Source: Macrostomum hystrix
Taxonomy: Eukaryota; Animalia; Platyhelminthes
Assembly: GCA_950097015.1 (NCBI GenBank)
Contig: CATNEN010000037.1
Location: 4,092,001 to 4,156,000, forward strand
DNA length: 64,000 bases
Direction: 5' to 3'
Shown here: one piece after another, positions 12,438-25,235 of the stretch
How the letters are laid out: every line of letters starts with the position of its first letter
Position numbering within the stretch: position 1 is the first letter of the stretch
Position numbers and translations under genes: made by a program
The notes under the pieces: model-generated
Seen by the model: the letters and a program-made list of their open reading frames with translations, nothing else
What the model was told of the DNA's origin: nothing
The model's database searches: none

Positions 12438-15092
12438 TGCTGGAAAGTCGGAGCAAAGACAAATAAAATTATTGTAAATTTTTCGAATTTAGTTGAAAAA
12501 TACTTTCTCGAAACAAATAATATAATAGTTGGAACTCTGCATTCGAACTTAATGTTCGAATTCTAAGATCTTTAGTAGCTGTCTCGTTTATATTGCTAGC
12601 TTAGGAATTTCTTTTTTATTTCTTGAGTAGAAGGACAAATATAGCTTTAACAGCAGAAAAAAAATACTAAAATTAATTTATTCATATAGATTTAATTATG
12701 TAATAAAGAATAGTAACACAGTACAATGAAAAAAGTATATATTTACAGTGTAAATATAATTAATTTAATGTAAAAACTATATAATAATATAAAATCAATA
12801 AAATCTATATTTTTAACTGAAAATTATACATTTAACTTCTCACCAAAAAAAGAACTTCTATCAAGAAAAAAGTGAAAAGAAAAAACGTTTTTTTGCTTTT
12901 TGTCATGAACTTATTTTTAGAAAACAGCCATGCTATAGCAACAATACTCAGTGCTCATGATATATTATATATTATATGATATATTATATGATATATTATT
13001 AATGAAATTAATTATTATTAATAATATATCATATATACCTGTGAATTATCCTAGGATACATGGGATTTCCCACAGATACTATATCATATATATATCTAGT
13101 TCATGCAAGTAAAACATAAATATTGTCAGTATGTCGTATAGTAAAATAATAATAATAATAGAATTTACTACCCACAGATGAATTTTCATATCATTAATTC
13201 AAGTTTTCGATCAAGTGATAGCCTTGCAAATAACAGTTATATTCTATATGAGGATCCGATTGGGCGATATTTATCGTAAAATTAAGCATAATGAGTTCAA
13301 ATTACACAAAAGGGCGCTTCAATTTTCTCTGCAATTATAAACAGCACTAAATATCAACAATATTTAGAAAATTTCAGAATCTTTTTTGTCTTTTCAGTGT
13401 CGGTGTTAGACAAAAACTTCTTGATATGAATGAGATTACTCCAGGGTGAATAAAAACATGCGGTTGCTAAATTGATGATATTAGTTATATAAAATAACTA
13501 GTTTACACTATAGTTTACACCATACGCATTAAATAAAGAAATAGTAACTATGCTGTTATGCTTTCACTTGAAAATTTTGAACGTTTATATTGCAAGATTT
13601 CAAGAAAATTAATTTAAATTCCAAAAACATTTCTTTATCGTACTTATTAAAACAAAAAGTTAGTAATAAAGGGTCAAAATAACTATAATGAACACTAAAA
13701 GACATCATTAAAATTTACGAAAAGGATAGAGTTATACTGAGTTTGGGGTTCTTCTAGCAAAAATTCTACCTTATATAGCAGAACAAGGATGTCACTTTTC
13801 AAAAAAATAACTTGACGACTATTTTTTCAAGCATTTAGATTTGTGGGCATCTCACATCTGGCGTAGTTACCGTAGTACGAAAGGAACTGCAACTTTGGTT
13901 TCATAAAAATGTAAAGGTTTTGTACAATTATAAATTTTTAAGGTATAGTTGTGTAGCTTTTGAAAGTAAAGCGCACGGTTTATTTCTTAGCATAAAAAAA
14001 GAAAATAATATTAATAAATAGCCATTTTTGCTAAAACAAGTAAGCTAAGCCTAAGCAGCAAGCCATTGTACTACATTATTATTATTATTTTACTTCAAGT
14101 AAAGAATATACTCTCTCTTATGTTTCAAGAGAGTTAGCTTAGGCACAATTATATTACCCAATTTATTAGAGCGTTACAGTTTCAGTAGGCCTTGCTGTCT
14201 ATTTCTGGAGTATTGGGCATTAGCATTGAATATTATAAAGTTATAGTGCCTTATATGCTACCTTAACTAAGTGTAACCTTTTTGTAGCAATTTTCGTCTT
14301 ATTATTTCACACATTTGCTATCAAAGTCCTAAAATTTTGCCTGTTCTCTTGGCTAAATAATAAAGAAAGAAGGAAGCAGAGGTTCATTTTCAATTTTTGG
14401 CAAAAGTATCTTTCTGATAGCAAATTTTATTTTGAAAAAAACTTAAATAAGTATAAGTTATTTAGGTAGTTAGTTTTTCAACTGTTTTATCTGTCTACTA
14501 ACTAAATGTTGGCTAAAGCTTTAGAAGTTTCAGGGTATAGTTTTTGCCACATAAATTTCTGAATCTCTGACTCAAAAAGACATTGGGGTTAAATGCTACT
14601 CTTTCCATGCATTGCACAAAATTTCACTTTACAATGTGCCATTGTGCCCCCCATGGTATTAGTGGTTTTAGATCATTAGGGTTAACAAAATGTAGTTAAA
14701 GATGGTAGTTGACAAACTGATGGTTGGCTAACTGGTTATATGCCTGCCACCCATCAGTCAATATCATTGTGCCTGTGCCTAGTAGTAAAGAATATTTAAC
14801 AGAAATCTCAGACTAGACTAACTGCCACTTGACTAGACCTCTGTACTCAACTATATTGTCTATGGCTATAACTACTGCCTTTATTAATTGACTATAGACA
14901 AATTTTTACCATAGAAACTTCTAAGAGCTTCAATGCCATGTCAGTTATACATATTAAAAATTCTGATTCCTCCCGCACAAATTCAAAAGAGAAATGGTAT
15001 TTTATTGTACAAGGAGTTCTAAATCTAGCAACTGGAATGACAACTGAAATAGCAGTGAGGTCCTATACCAAATAAAGACAAATGACAAATAA

Positions 15093-17075
15093 ATGCACCA
15101 TTTTTGCTGGTGCACCTAAATTGACTTATATGCACAATTAAGTCCCACCACAAGTTGGCAAGGGCACGGTCAGTGCCGAATCAAGACGACCTGCTGAAAA
15201 CATTTTAAACATTTTTAAGAGCATCGATTGAGAAGCAACTTTCAAGCCATCGAAGTACACTTGAATTTGCTATCATCACTTCATGGAATCAGATTTTATT
15301 TACTGAGAATCAGGACAGCAATATGTATCGGAAAAATAAACAACACAAAGAATGTGTCAATCTTGTAAAGAGAAGATGAAGTTGCCACCCAATACTGCAC
15401 GACCAGCATGCCATTTCACAAAAACTCCACCAGCTTTGCCATCAGGAAACACATCGTTGCAATGGTGTCACGAGATTGATGTCGCACAGGTCGAACAACA
15501 AGATAGAGATTATTTTGCCAGTGAAAAATTCACTCACTTGATGATGTGGTCGCTAAGTTTTCGAAAGAGAAGAAGCCATCCGGATTTGCTGCGAATCAAT
15601 CAGCAGACACTCTTAGCATCATGCTAATAGCTAATGCTCTACCACCCATGATCAAAAGTTGCATTGTCATGAACTATAAGTTGGAAGTCCTCGTTTTTTA
15701 TGGCACTCGGGCAGCATCGCCAAAACAGTACAGCCACATCATTCCAGTGTCCTCAACTCTGAGTTCAGCCACGCAGCTTGTAAATTTAATAGCCCTTGTG
15801 AAGTTTGCAACTGAATGCAATGCATTCCTAGTTGACCAAAAAGAGGCTGCTCTGGATAGTCACAAACAGTTGCTCCAGCAGGACAATTGTCCGTCAGACC
15901 TGGCGATGGCAATGCGCCATCTTGCCTGGCTTTTATTACTGAGCAGCTCAAGTTGGATGATGTGGACAAGCATGCTCGACGCTATTCATCCGAGTTGATT
16001 CTTTCTGTTATATTCTGTTTTCTGTGAGTCTGGCTGCTTATCAGCGGCTTCTGAAGACCAAATCGCTAATACTGCCATCAGTTAACGTCCTTAGAAAAAT
16101 ATCAAGGGGTCGACAGGTCTGGACAACTCTGACTATCTCAAATTGCGCTACAACCGATTAAATGCCTATGAGACGATTTTGGTGTTATTGATCGACGAGA
16201 TTTACCTAGCCAAACGAGTTCAAATGAGTAATGGAGAATTGAATGGACTGACAGAGACGGGAAATGTTGCACAAACTGCGCTCTGTTTCATGATCAAGTC
16301 TGCTACGACCAAGTACCGAGACATTGTCAACATTTTTCCAATTAATAATCTCAAGGCGGAGACACTCTATGATTGCTACCAGCAAGTTCTGCAGAGCTTC
16401 ATGAACTAGGTTTTAGTGTACTCGCACTCAGTGTTGATAATGCTGCCTCTAACAGACGCTTTTATAAACATTACCTGTGCTCCGGCCAGCTTGACATGAG
16501 CATCACGAACCGGTTTAGAGGTCAAACGCTTTTTCTGATATTTGATCCCACACAAAATTTGAAAAATCTGTATAACAATTTTGTTTCTCGAAAGGTTTTC
16601 GAGTGTCCACGCTTCCCATCGATCCTGAGTGAGCCCTCTCGAGCTCAGTTTTCCGATGTTGATCAGGTTTACAACTGGAATCTGGGAAGTCTGTAAATTT
16701 TGCTCGTAAACTGTCTCAGTCAGCTTTGCACCCTTCCAGCAGGGAGAAAGTTTATGTCCAACTAGCTGTCTCGTTATTTCACGAGTCGACTATTACTGGC
16801 CTTGAATACTATAGATTTCATGAGACGGCCCGTGTCTTCGAAGCTTTTCTCAAGCTGTGGAGCGTACTTAATGCACGGACAACTACCTTTGAGAAACAAA
16901 AGAGAGACAGACAGCAGTCGAGACCCAGTTCGATCGTCTTTGGATTGAAAATTGGCGTTCTTAGAAGATTTCGCGCATTCTCTCGACAACTGGGAGAGCA
17001 CATGGGCGATTTCAAGGTATTTTGATGCACTGATGGTGCCCACTAACAATTTTGCGTGTAGCCAGACTGGCGTAA
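15093..17075 (+). pseudogene. Decayed THAP-domain P-element-superfamily (THAP9-like) transposase
   Basis: THAP remnant FKPSKYT*ICYHHFMESDF near 15240-15300. Catalytic-core fragments LLIDEIYL, ALCFMIKS, GFSVLALSVDNAASN and FDPTQNLKNLYNN lie in successive frames with stops and frameshifts. No TIRs found. Confidence 0.75.
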
Positions 17076-17764
17076 CTGGCCTGGCAAGAGTGAGATTCAT
17101 TGAGTTTTATTGCTGTATTCTTTCCTTGCTTGCAGCAATGCAAGAAACGAAAACAGTTTTCGTTTCTTTGTGTTTGCTCTTTGTTTCATTTTCTCAATAC
17201 AATTTATAAGCCATCTATTCTTGCTTTTGCTTACTTGACATACTCCAGTGCCTACTAGAAATTGATTTAATTCCAACGTCTTCTTATGTCGCGTTTCATT
17301 CCTCTGCTTTTGTTATTGTTTCGGAAATATACTTTGAAATGCGATCTTTCTTTTTGAATACTCTGTGTGTTTACGTCGCACGCTTGCGATCTCTAATCTT
17401 GGCCTCATCTTGTATAGCTGATATTTCAGTTGTCATTCTAGTTGCTAGATTTATAATTCCTTGTATTGTATAACTTATATATATTAAAGGCTCTACAAAA
17501 TTTACCGATTACTAATGTCAGGAAACCTGTTTCAAGGTTTGGACAGTTCTCTCTAATCACTAGACAATTAATCTTTTGTAATGAGTCCAAGTTATACGGA
17601 ATCTTTGTGTTGTCAGTTATAACTTGCTGGGGGCTTAAGATTACATGTTTAAACTAAGTACTGAAATAAAAAATGAGATAGGATAGTTTATGAATGTTAC
17701 TTAGCTTTAGCAGCCATTATAACAGTTTTTTATCAAACTATTTTATTCAGATCATCAAACAAAT

Positions 17765-20700
17765 ATGAAGAAGTGGGTGAAGAACCTGTTCACCCGAGAG
17801 AAGCCTGCTTCAGGCTCACCTACTTGCAACAGTCAATCGTCAGATGGGCAAAATAATGCAGTTGGCCCTTCCAATAAAAGTCGCAGCTCCACAAGCACAG
17901 TGACCAGCATTCAGAAGTCACAGCAGCCAGTTGAGGCAACTACAGTTCCAAAGTCCAGCAATGCAAATGAAGGAGCTATAGTGGGCTTGGATGCTCAAAA
18001 AAGATTAAGAACTGTTGGATCTGCTTCTGCTGTTGTGACTAATTCTACTGTTGCGGTCGAAATAAAAAACATTAACGATGGGGCATTGAAGGCAGCCAGG
18101 GAGCCAGCTAAGTCCGTCAGTAATTCGCCAGGCTGCGGAATTCCGCTGGCCATGCTGTCCTGCGAGGCGCCAACCAAACTGCGCCGGGGAAACCCGCAGC
18201 GCGATGCCAGAATTCAGCAGAGGAATCAATTAGGAAGGCGGGAGTTCAAGAAAAAAATGGTTGCCGACCAGGCGGACGAGAACGACATTTTCTTTGCCAT
18301 TATGACTTCTTCACCAATACCGGTTGTCGATCTAGATCCACACAGTCCTCAATTTGGTGAGTTTTTTGGCCATTTTAGGTAGTTTTTAGTGCCTTAATTG
18401 ACATGCTCAGATAGATAAATAAATAGAAGTTACACATAAACCGTTGTGCCAGATTAGTCAGTGGCACAAATGGTTTGCACTGAGGCAGGGGTCGGCCAAC
18501 TTATTAACGTACGGGCTACAGAGAGAACCTAAAACACGACAGCGGGCCACATGAACTGCAGGAATATGAGAAAGGGGAGAGACGAGACAGGGGAGGAATA
18601 AGAAAGAGAAGGGATGAGACGGGAGACACCGGACAGATGAGATACAGAACAGATGAGACACAGGACAGATCAGACACAGGACAGATCAGACACAGGACAG
18701 ATGAGGCACAGGACAGATGAGACACAGGACAGATGAGACACAGAACAGATGACACACAGGATAGATGAGACACAGGACAGATGAGACACAGAACAGATGA
18801 GACACAGGACAGATGAGACACAGGACAGATGTGTCAGTGCAGTTTGAGTAAATCATGACTAGCAAGTTTTGCCCCCCTTCGGGTTTACTGAATATAAGCC
18901 GACTGACATTACAGAGCAAAGTCATACTAACCCGGATGAAGTTCTTCTGCAACACCGGGATGAATTTGGCCAGTTAAGACTGGGGCATCCTAGCGGAGGC
19001 ACGTAAGTATATTGGGTGGCACAGCTTGCACAGGTGGCAAACCTCGCACAGCAGGGGACCAGTAGTACCTGTTATGCGAGTTATAATCCTTAGTACAGCA
19101 ATGAACAGATCCTGCTTAGCAGGTACTGCACCTGTATTACTGGTACTGCACCTGTATTACTGGTACTGCACCCTGTATAGCTGGTACTGCACCCTGTATA
19201 ACTGGTACTGCACCTGTATTACTGGTACTGCACCCTGTATAGCTGGTACTGCACCCTGTATAACTGGTACTGCACCTGTATAACTGGTACTGCACCCTGT
19301 ATAACTGGTACTGCACCTGTGTAACTGGTACTGCACCTGTGTAACTGGTACTGCACCATGTTTAACTGGTACTGCACCTGTATAACTGGTACTGCACCTG
19401 TGTAACTGGTACTGCACCATGTATAACTGGTACTGCATCCTATATAACTGGTACTGCACCCTGTATAACTGGTACTGCACCTGTATAACTGGTTCTGCAC
19501 CATGTATAACTGGTACTGCATCCTATATAACTGGTACTGCACCCTGTATAACTGGTACTGCACCTGTATAACTGGTACTGCACCTGTATAACTGGTACTG
19601 CACCTGTGTAACTGGTACTGCACCATGTATAACTGGTACTGCACCTGTATAACTGGTACTGCACCCTGTATAACTGGTACTGCACCTGTATAACTGGTTC
19701 TGCACCTGTATAACTGGTACTGCACCTGTGTAACTGGTACTGCACCATGTATAACTGGTACTGCACCTGTATAACTGGTACTGCACCCTGTATAACTGGT
19801 ACTGCACCTGTATAACTGGTACTGCACCCTGTATAACTGGTACTGCACCTGTATAACTGGTACTGCACCTGTGTAACTGTTGCTGCAACATATAATACAG
19901 ATAATGCTCTCTGTCTAATAGTTACCAGTTTACTTGTTTACAGGTCTATTGCTTTAACCCTTCCATTCAATTAATTGCTAGGTTAATATATTAAGAAAAG
20001 ATCCAATATAATATAAAGTAAATGCAAATTTCTAGGTTGTACATTTTCTACGCCACGCTAGATCGTCTTGATGTGGTCAAGCTGATTCATCGGCAAGAGA
20101 TGAGCAGTCCCAGCCTAGTAGAAACGATCAACATTCGCACTCCGGCACTGGATGGGCGCACTTGTCTGTACGCATTTGCGGCCAATTTTAATTTGGATGG
20201 CGTCAGGTTCTGCATTCAGACGTCCATGCCGAGCGCGCACGAAGGCTGGCTCACTGTCGCCATGGCCATTCTCTCTGCCACCGCACGGCGCGAGCCTAGC
20301 CTTGGAGATGGTCTAGAGTTTTTTAACGCCGTGCTGTGCTCGCTTAGCGAAAGTGGTAATCTTTCGCTGCCTGCAGTTCGGTTTGACAGAGCCTGCAGTT
20401 GGGGTCTGACAGTGTCTGCAGTTGGGGTGTGACAGCCTGCAGTTGGGGTCTGACAGTGTCTGCAGTTGGGGTGTGACAGAGCCTGCAGTTGTGGTGTGAC
20501 AGAGCCTGCAGTTGGGGTGTGACAGAGCCTGCAGTTTGGGTGTGACAGAGCCTGCAGTTGGGGTGTGACAGAGCCTGCAGTTTGGGTGTGACAGAGCCTG
20601 CAGTTGGGGTGTGACAGAGCCTGCAGTTTGGGTGTGACAGCCTGCAGTTGGGGTGTGACAGAGCCTGCAGTTGGGGTGTGACAGAGCCTGCAGTTGGGGT

Positions 20701-21503
20701 GTGACAGAGCCTGCAGTTGGGGTGTGACAGAGCCTGCAGTTGGGGTGTGACAGAGCCTGCAGTTGGGGTGTGACAGAGCCTGCAGTTGGGGTGTGACAGA
20801 GCCTGCAGTTGGGGTGTGACAGAGCCTGCAGTTGGGGTGTGACAGAGCCTGCAGTTGGGGTGTGACAGAGCCTGCAGTTGTGGTGTGACAGAGCCTGCAG
20901 TTGGGGTGTGACAGAGCCTGCAGTTTGGGTGTGACAGCCTGCAGTTGGGGTGTGACAGAGCCTGCAGTTGGGGTGTGACAGAGCCTGCAGTTTGGGTGTG
21001 ACAGCCTGCAGTTGGGGTGTGACAGCCTGCAGTTGGGGTGTGACAGAGCCTGCAGTTGGGGTGTGACAGAGCCTGCAGTTTGGGTGTGACAGACTATAAT
21101 CTCGTAGAATTTGTTTGTTTGAAATTTCGGTTTAGATGTGCTAATAAATTTTGGGGACTTTGACAGTCTGCAGCTCAGAGTGACCAGTACAAGGATTCTC
21201 AACAAACCCGCAGGCGGCTCGCACATAAACGACTTCCTGCCGTGGCACACCCTGTGCCCCTGGCTGCCCCAGCACGTGGCCACTGGCCAGACGCTGCTCC
21301 ACTTCGCCTGTCAGCACTGCGGCCTGCCGCACATTAGGCTGCTGCTGCTGTTTGGCGCTAATCCGACTCTGGCCACACTGGACGGCATCTACCCAACCGC
21401 GCTTCACATCTGCCAGAGCTTCCAGCCGGCGATTGCTGCCGAGGCCTCGCAGCTCATGGCGACCGCCAGCCGCCAAAACGGTTGGGACTGGCCGACCGCA
21501 TAA
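17765..21503 (+). CDS. Ankyrin-repeat protein with low-complexity N-terminus; proposed exons 17765-18356, 18863-19002, 20036-20355, 21136-21503
   Basis: Ankyrin motifs GQTLLHFACQHCGLPHIRLLLLFGANP, TALHIC and DGRTCLYAFA. Exon 2-3 and 3-4 phases match; the exon 1-2 join needs one C removed from the C6 run at 18872-18877. Confidence 0.6.
18610..18830. repeat. 16-bp intronic minisatellite (GAGACACAGGACAGAT)
   Basis: Tandem copies visible. Confidence 0.92.
19120..19880. repeat. 20-21-bp intronic minisatellite (CTGGTACTGCACCTGTATAA)
   Basis: Tandem copies visible. Confidence 0.95.
20370..21090. repeat. 23-bp intronic minisatellite (GCCTGCAGTTGGGGTGTGACAGA)
   Basis: Tandem copies visible. Confidence 0.95.
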
Positions 21504-21529
21504 TCACTGGCTCCGCTCATCACTGACTT

Positions 21530-21985
21530 GCACCTGGGCTGGGCTAGTGAGCTAGTGGACTGGCACCTGGGCTAGTGAGCTAATGGACTGACACCTGGGC
21601 TAGTGAGCTAATGGACTGACACCTGGGCTAGTGAGCTAATGGACTGACACTGGGCTAGTGAGCTAATGGACTGACACCTGGGCTAGTGAGCTAATGGACT
21701 GACACCTAAGCTAGTGAGCTAGTGGACTGACACCTGGGCTAGTGAGCTAATGGACTGACACCTAAGCTAGTGAGCTAATGGACTGACACCTGGGCTAGTG
21801 AGCTAATGGACTGACACCTGGGCTAGTGAGCTAGTGGACTGGCAACTGGGCTAGTGGACTGGCACCTGGGCTAGTGAGCTAATGGACTGGCAACTGGGCT
21901 AGTGAGCTAGTGGACTGGCACCTGGGCTAGTGAGCTAATGGACTGGCAACTAGGCTAGTGAGCTAGTGGACTGGCACGTGGGCTA
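21530..21985. repeat. 28-bp minisatellite (GGGCTAGTGAGCTAATGGACTGACACCT) just 3' of the ankyrin gene stop
   Basis: Tandem copies visible. Confidence 0.93.
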
Positions 21986-23688
21986 GTGTGTTTAGATAGA
22001 TGACTAGCATAGTCGTCCTCATATATTCACGATAGTGTTTATTCACGATTCCAGAGATTTATCCCCGTTTATCTATTTTATTAACTCGCTTAAATGTCTC
22101 GCTAGTGACAGGTTTTCTACCGTAAGTTTTTTGCTTCTGAAAACATTAATTACATTGTACACTATAACAATATAGTGCGTATTGCTAATTAAAAAGCTTT
22201 GTCTCAATAACTAGTATGAGTATCACAAGTAAGTAAAGGATTACATTGTCTTTACGATTTAACAAAGCGATTTCCAGAATTTCGGAGAGCCCATCTTATA
22301 TGAAATGTTTGGCACATGCCAAGACAGTATAGCACTAACGATTTTGCCTACTTGCTTCGCATTATAAAAATTTTATCTTCTTTTTCTAGCCCTGTGAGTC
22401 ATCCACAAACATTTTTATATTGTGTGTGCCTGTGAGTATGAAAAGGGACACCTCATGCGAGCCGCTTAAAGCAGACTCTTAATAAGTGCCCTCCAATTGC
22501 TAGTTATAACAGCGGAAGAAGCTATTTTGAGCATGCCGTGGCTGGCCTTCAATTTGCCTATCAGACTTTATGGTGCGAATATATTTAGAGCTATATGCTT
22601 TGCTTTGCTATAAGGACTTCTAAAAATAGCTTATCTAAGTAGCTCTGACTCGCCATGCTACTCTACTAAAATATTTCTCTCTAGCATCCCTATTTCTTTC
22701 GCGTGTGCTTATCAGGCTTCAGGCCTGATTGAGTCCCCAAACTTGAAGACAGCTGGTATGTCTGACGTCTGCTAATGGGCATGAGCGAGTCGGGTATGTC
22801 TGTTTGGTTGCAGGTTCTTAAGAAAAAACGCGGTTCGCATTTGTTTGTTGAATTTCGTTCTCCGTGCGCAAAGTTCTAAACATCTTTTGAATAACCAGAT
22901 GCGAACAGAACAAAGATGTATATAGCTTTTTAAAGACGCCATGCTTTTATTTGCCGAATTATAGGGTTTTCACTGATACTTTAATATATAATTCTATTAC
23001 GATTATAATATTCCTCTGATCTCCTGATTTTGACTACTAATCCAGATGTGTTGCCTCAAATTATTCATTTTAATGCAAACATATTTTTATTTCTTGTACA
23101 TTGTGCACTTTGTACAACCTTGACATGCTTCGATAAATGCTATTTAATATTTGCTAGCGTCATCCAACAAGTCTTAAGTTGTTTAACTCATCAATATAAT
23201 AATTTAAAATTCAAATTACTTAGACAAATCATTAAAATAAACTTCTTGCGTTCATTATAATATTCGTATTGTCGCCATATCATCATATAACAGATTAAGA
23301 CATACAGCGACAGAAAAATATAGCGTAAAAAGTAAGACAGTAGCCCGGCTTATTGTTACTTCAACTGGCCTTCACATTTTCAATATATTAATTACTTAAA
23401 GAAGTTGCGTTCTCCTAAATCAAGAGTGTGCCACAGATTTTTTTCTAACATTTTCACTACCTAAAATTCCTCGAAACTTAACCGGATAATTTTAGCAATA
23501 TATCAAAAAGATAAAATAGAAAAAAGTTTGAGGTAAGGAGTGTTTCTATGTAAATACCTTATATATTTTAAATTTACAATTGCTTTCATATTCGTTAGAA
23601 TCGAACTGCAGCATACTTGGACCACTAAGTGACTTGCGTCTCTTTCGAAGAAAAGTGTTAGGCCTAATATTTACGATTCACTATGTTA

Positions 23689-24157
23689 TGTGACGTTGTC
23701 TCTCTAATTTAATGTAATTTTAATATGCTATTTCTAATTAAGTGCATTATTTTCGTTAGCTATATTTGTTAGGGATATTTCTTCGGTTTTCCATATATAT
23801 TTATAATGGTTTTGTTTTAGTGTACTACATAGTCGTAGTTCGTATTCAAATGTGCTAATTAGGCCTTTCCAGGAAGGCTCCCACCCCCCCCGTGCCTGGT
23901 TCTGGTTCTACGACTGAGTGCTGGCTATTATTTAAGTGTGGCTAATTTCAACTGTAGCCGTAACTACTTTCAAGTGAATCTTGATATATCTCTATATGTC
24001 TCTAAGTAACATATCTCTAAGTCATATAGCCAGCATTCACCGTTAAGCGATCTCGTTATTTGAAGACCCAATTTACTGCCGAATAATAATTTACCTTACT
24101 GCTATTCAAATAGACCGAACCGCTACGCCTATACATTGGGACCGAAACTTCGTCATA
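23689..24157 (+). repeat. 5' LTR (469 bp), TGTGACG...CGTCATA
   Basis: By eye identical to 32093-32560 except C8 vs C7 in one homopolymer. Confidence 0.96.
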
Positions 24158-24163
24158 TAAATT

Positions 24164-24177
24164 TGGAGGACCCACCG
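24164..24177 (+). other. Primer-binding site TGGAGGACCCACCG, probably tRNA-Gln
   Basis: 6 nt 3' of the LTR; its reverse complement CGGTGGGTCCTCCA matches the 3' end of metazoan tRNA-Gln as recalled (CGGTGGGACCTCCA) at 13/14. Host tRNA not checked. Confidence 0.7.
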
Positions 24178-25235
24178 TCAATTACAATTCGAACTCGGTC
24201 ATCGATCATCGTCATTCGTCAAAAAGCTAGCTCATGCTCATCATTAATTAGATCCCAAGTACCGTCTACTAAAGTCCAACAGTGATACAGTGATTCGGTT
24301 CACGGCACAGACTATTCAGTTCACGTGCACTATCGGTTCACGGCACAGCCTACCTACTACACAGTCGATCGAGAAAGTAAACAACAACTAACCTTATCAG
24401 CTTAAGCGTATCGGCAGTGTTTCTTCGCAGAGTGAGTCAGACGCTAAGCTTAAAGGAGGGTCAGACAACCAGCCAACCTCTGTGCTCTGCGCCTGTGTCC
24501 AATCACGTGACCACTAAACACACCTGGTTAGGAGTATCAACTCTTAATTGCAAGCGCAACAACCCCAAAGCTTTAGCCCGCCGAGCGCCACCCCTCTCGT
24601 CTGTTGAACTGCGCCTAGCCATTGCAATCGATTGCCTAAGGGTTCTCTCGGCCTGCGCCCCGCTTGATTTTTGTGGACTAGGCGAGCCAGGCTAGCACTG
24701 CAAAGCATTTCCGCCGGGTCGTCACTTACAACATCAGCAATAGCAGTCAATTAGCCAAACGCCGGCAGCAGCGGCCCTACGCCAGCTGTTCACGACAACA
24801 GCTACTACGGCAGCCGGTGCCAGTCTGCAGTTGCAACAGCGGCCAACAACAATCGGGTAGCATCAGAGCATCGCCTCGCGGGTTGAACGGACCTGCGACT
24901 GAAGGGCACCTGCCATCTACGAACAAGCCAAGCCAAGCTGAACCGAACCGATCCGAGCCGAGCGGTGTGCAGCAAGCCGGGTCCGTGGCGAACTGAGCAG
25001 TGTGCCGAAGACAACGGCGGCCGAGATTCGGAACTGGTGGTTGCAGCTAAGGCTGAGTTCAATTATTTATTATTATTATTATATTAGGATCTATTGTGGC
25101 AGTAACTTTAGACTTAGGACCACCATTAGTACTAGGCTTGTTGCTCAATCATTTGTAAACTGCCACATTCTTTCTTGTGTAGGCCTAGCTCGTTCTTCGC
25201 TCCTCTTTTTCTAGTTGTGTGTCTGAGTTCTAGTC

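Noticed and set aside
18486-18502. CAGGGGTCGGCCAACTT resembling a Charlie/hAT terminus
   Set aside because: No convincing partner TIR or TSD found.
20370-20400. Idea that the 23-bp array arose by duplicating an exon/intron junction (intron gain)
   Set aside because: A stronger donor (20355) and acceptor (21136) pair with matching phase places the whole array inside the intron.
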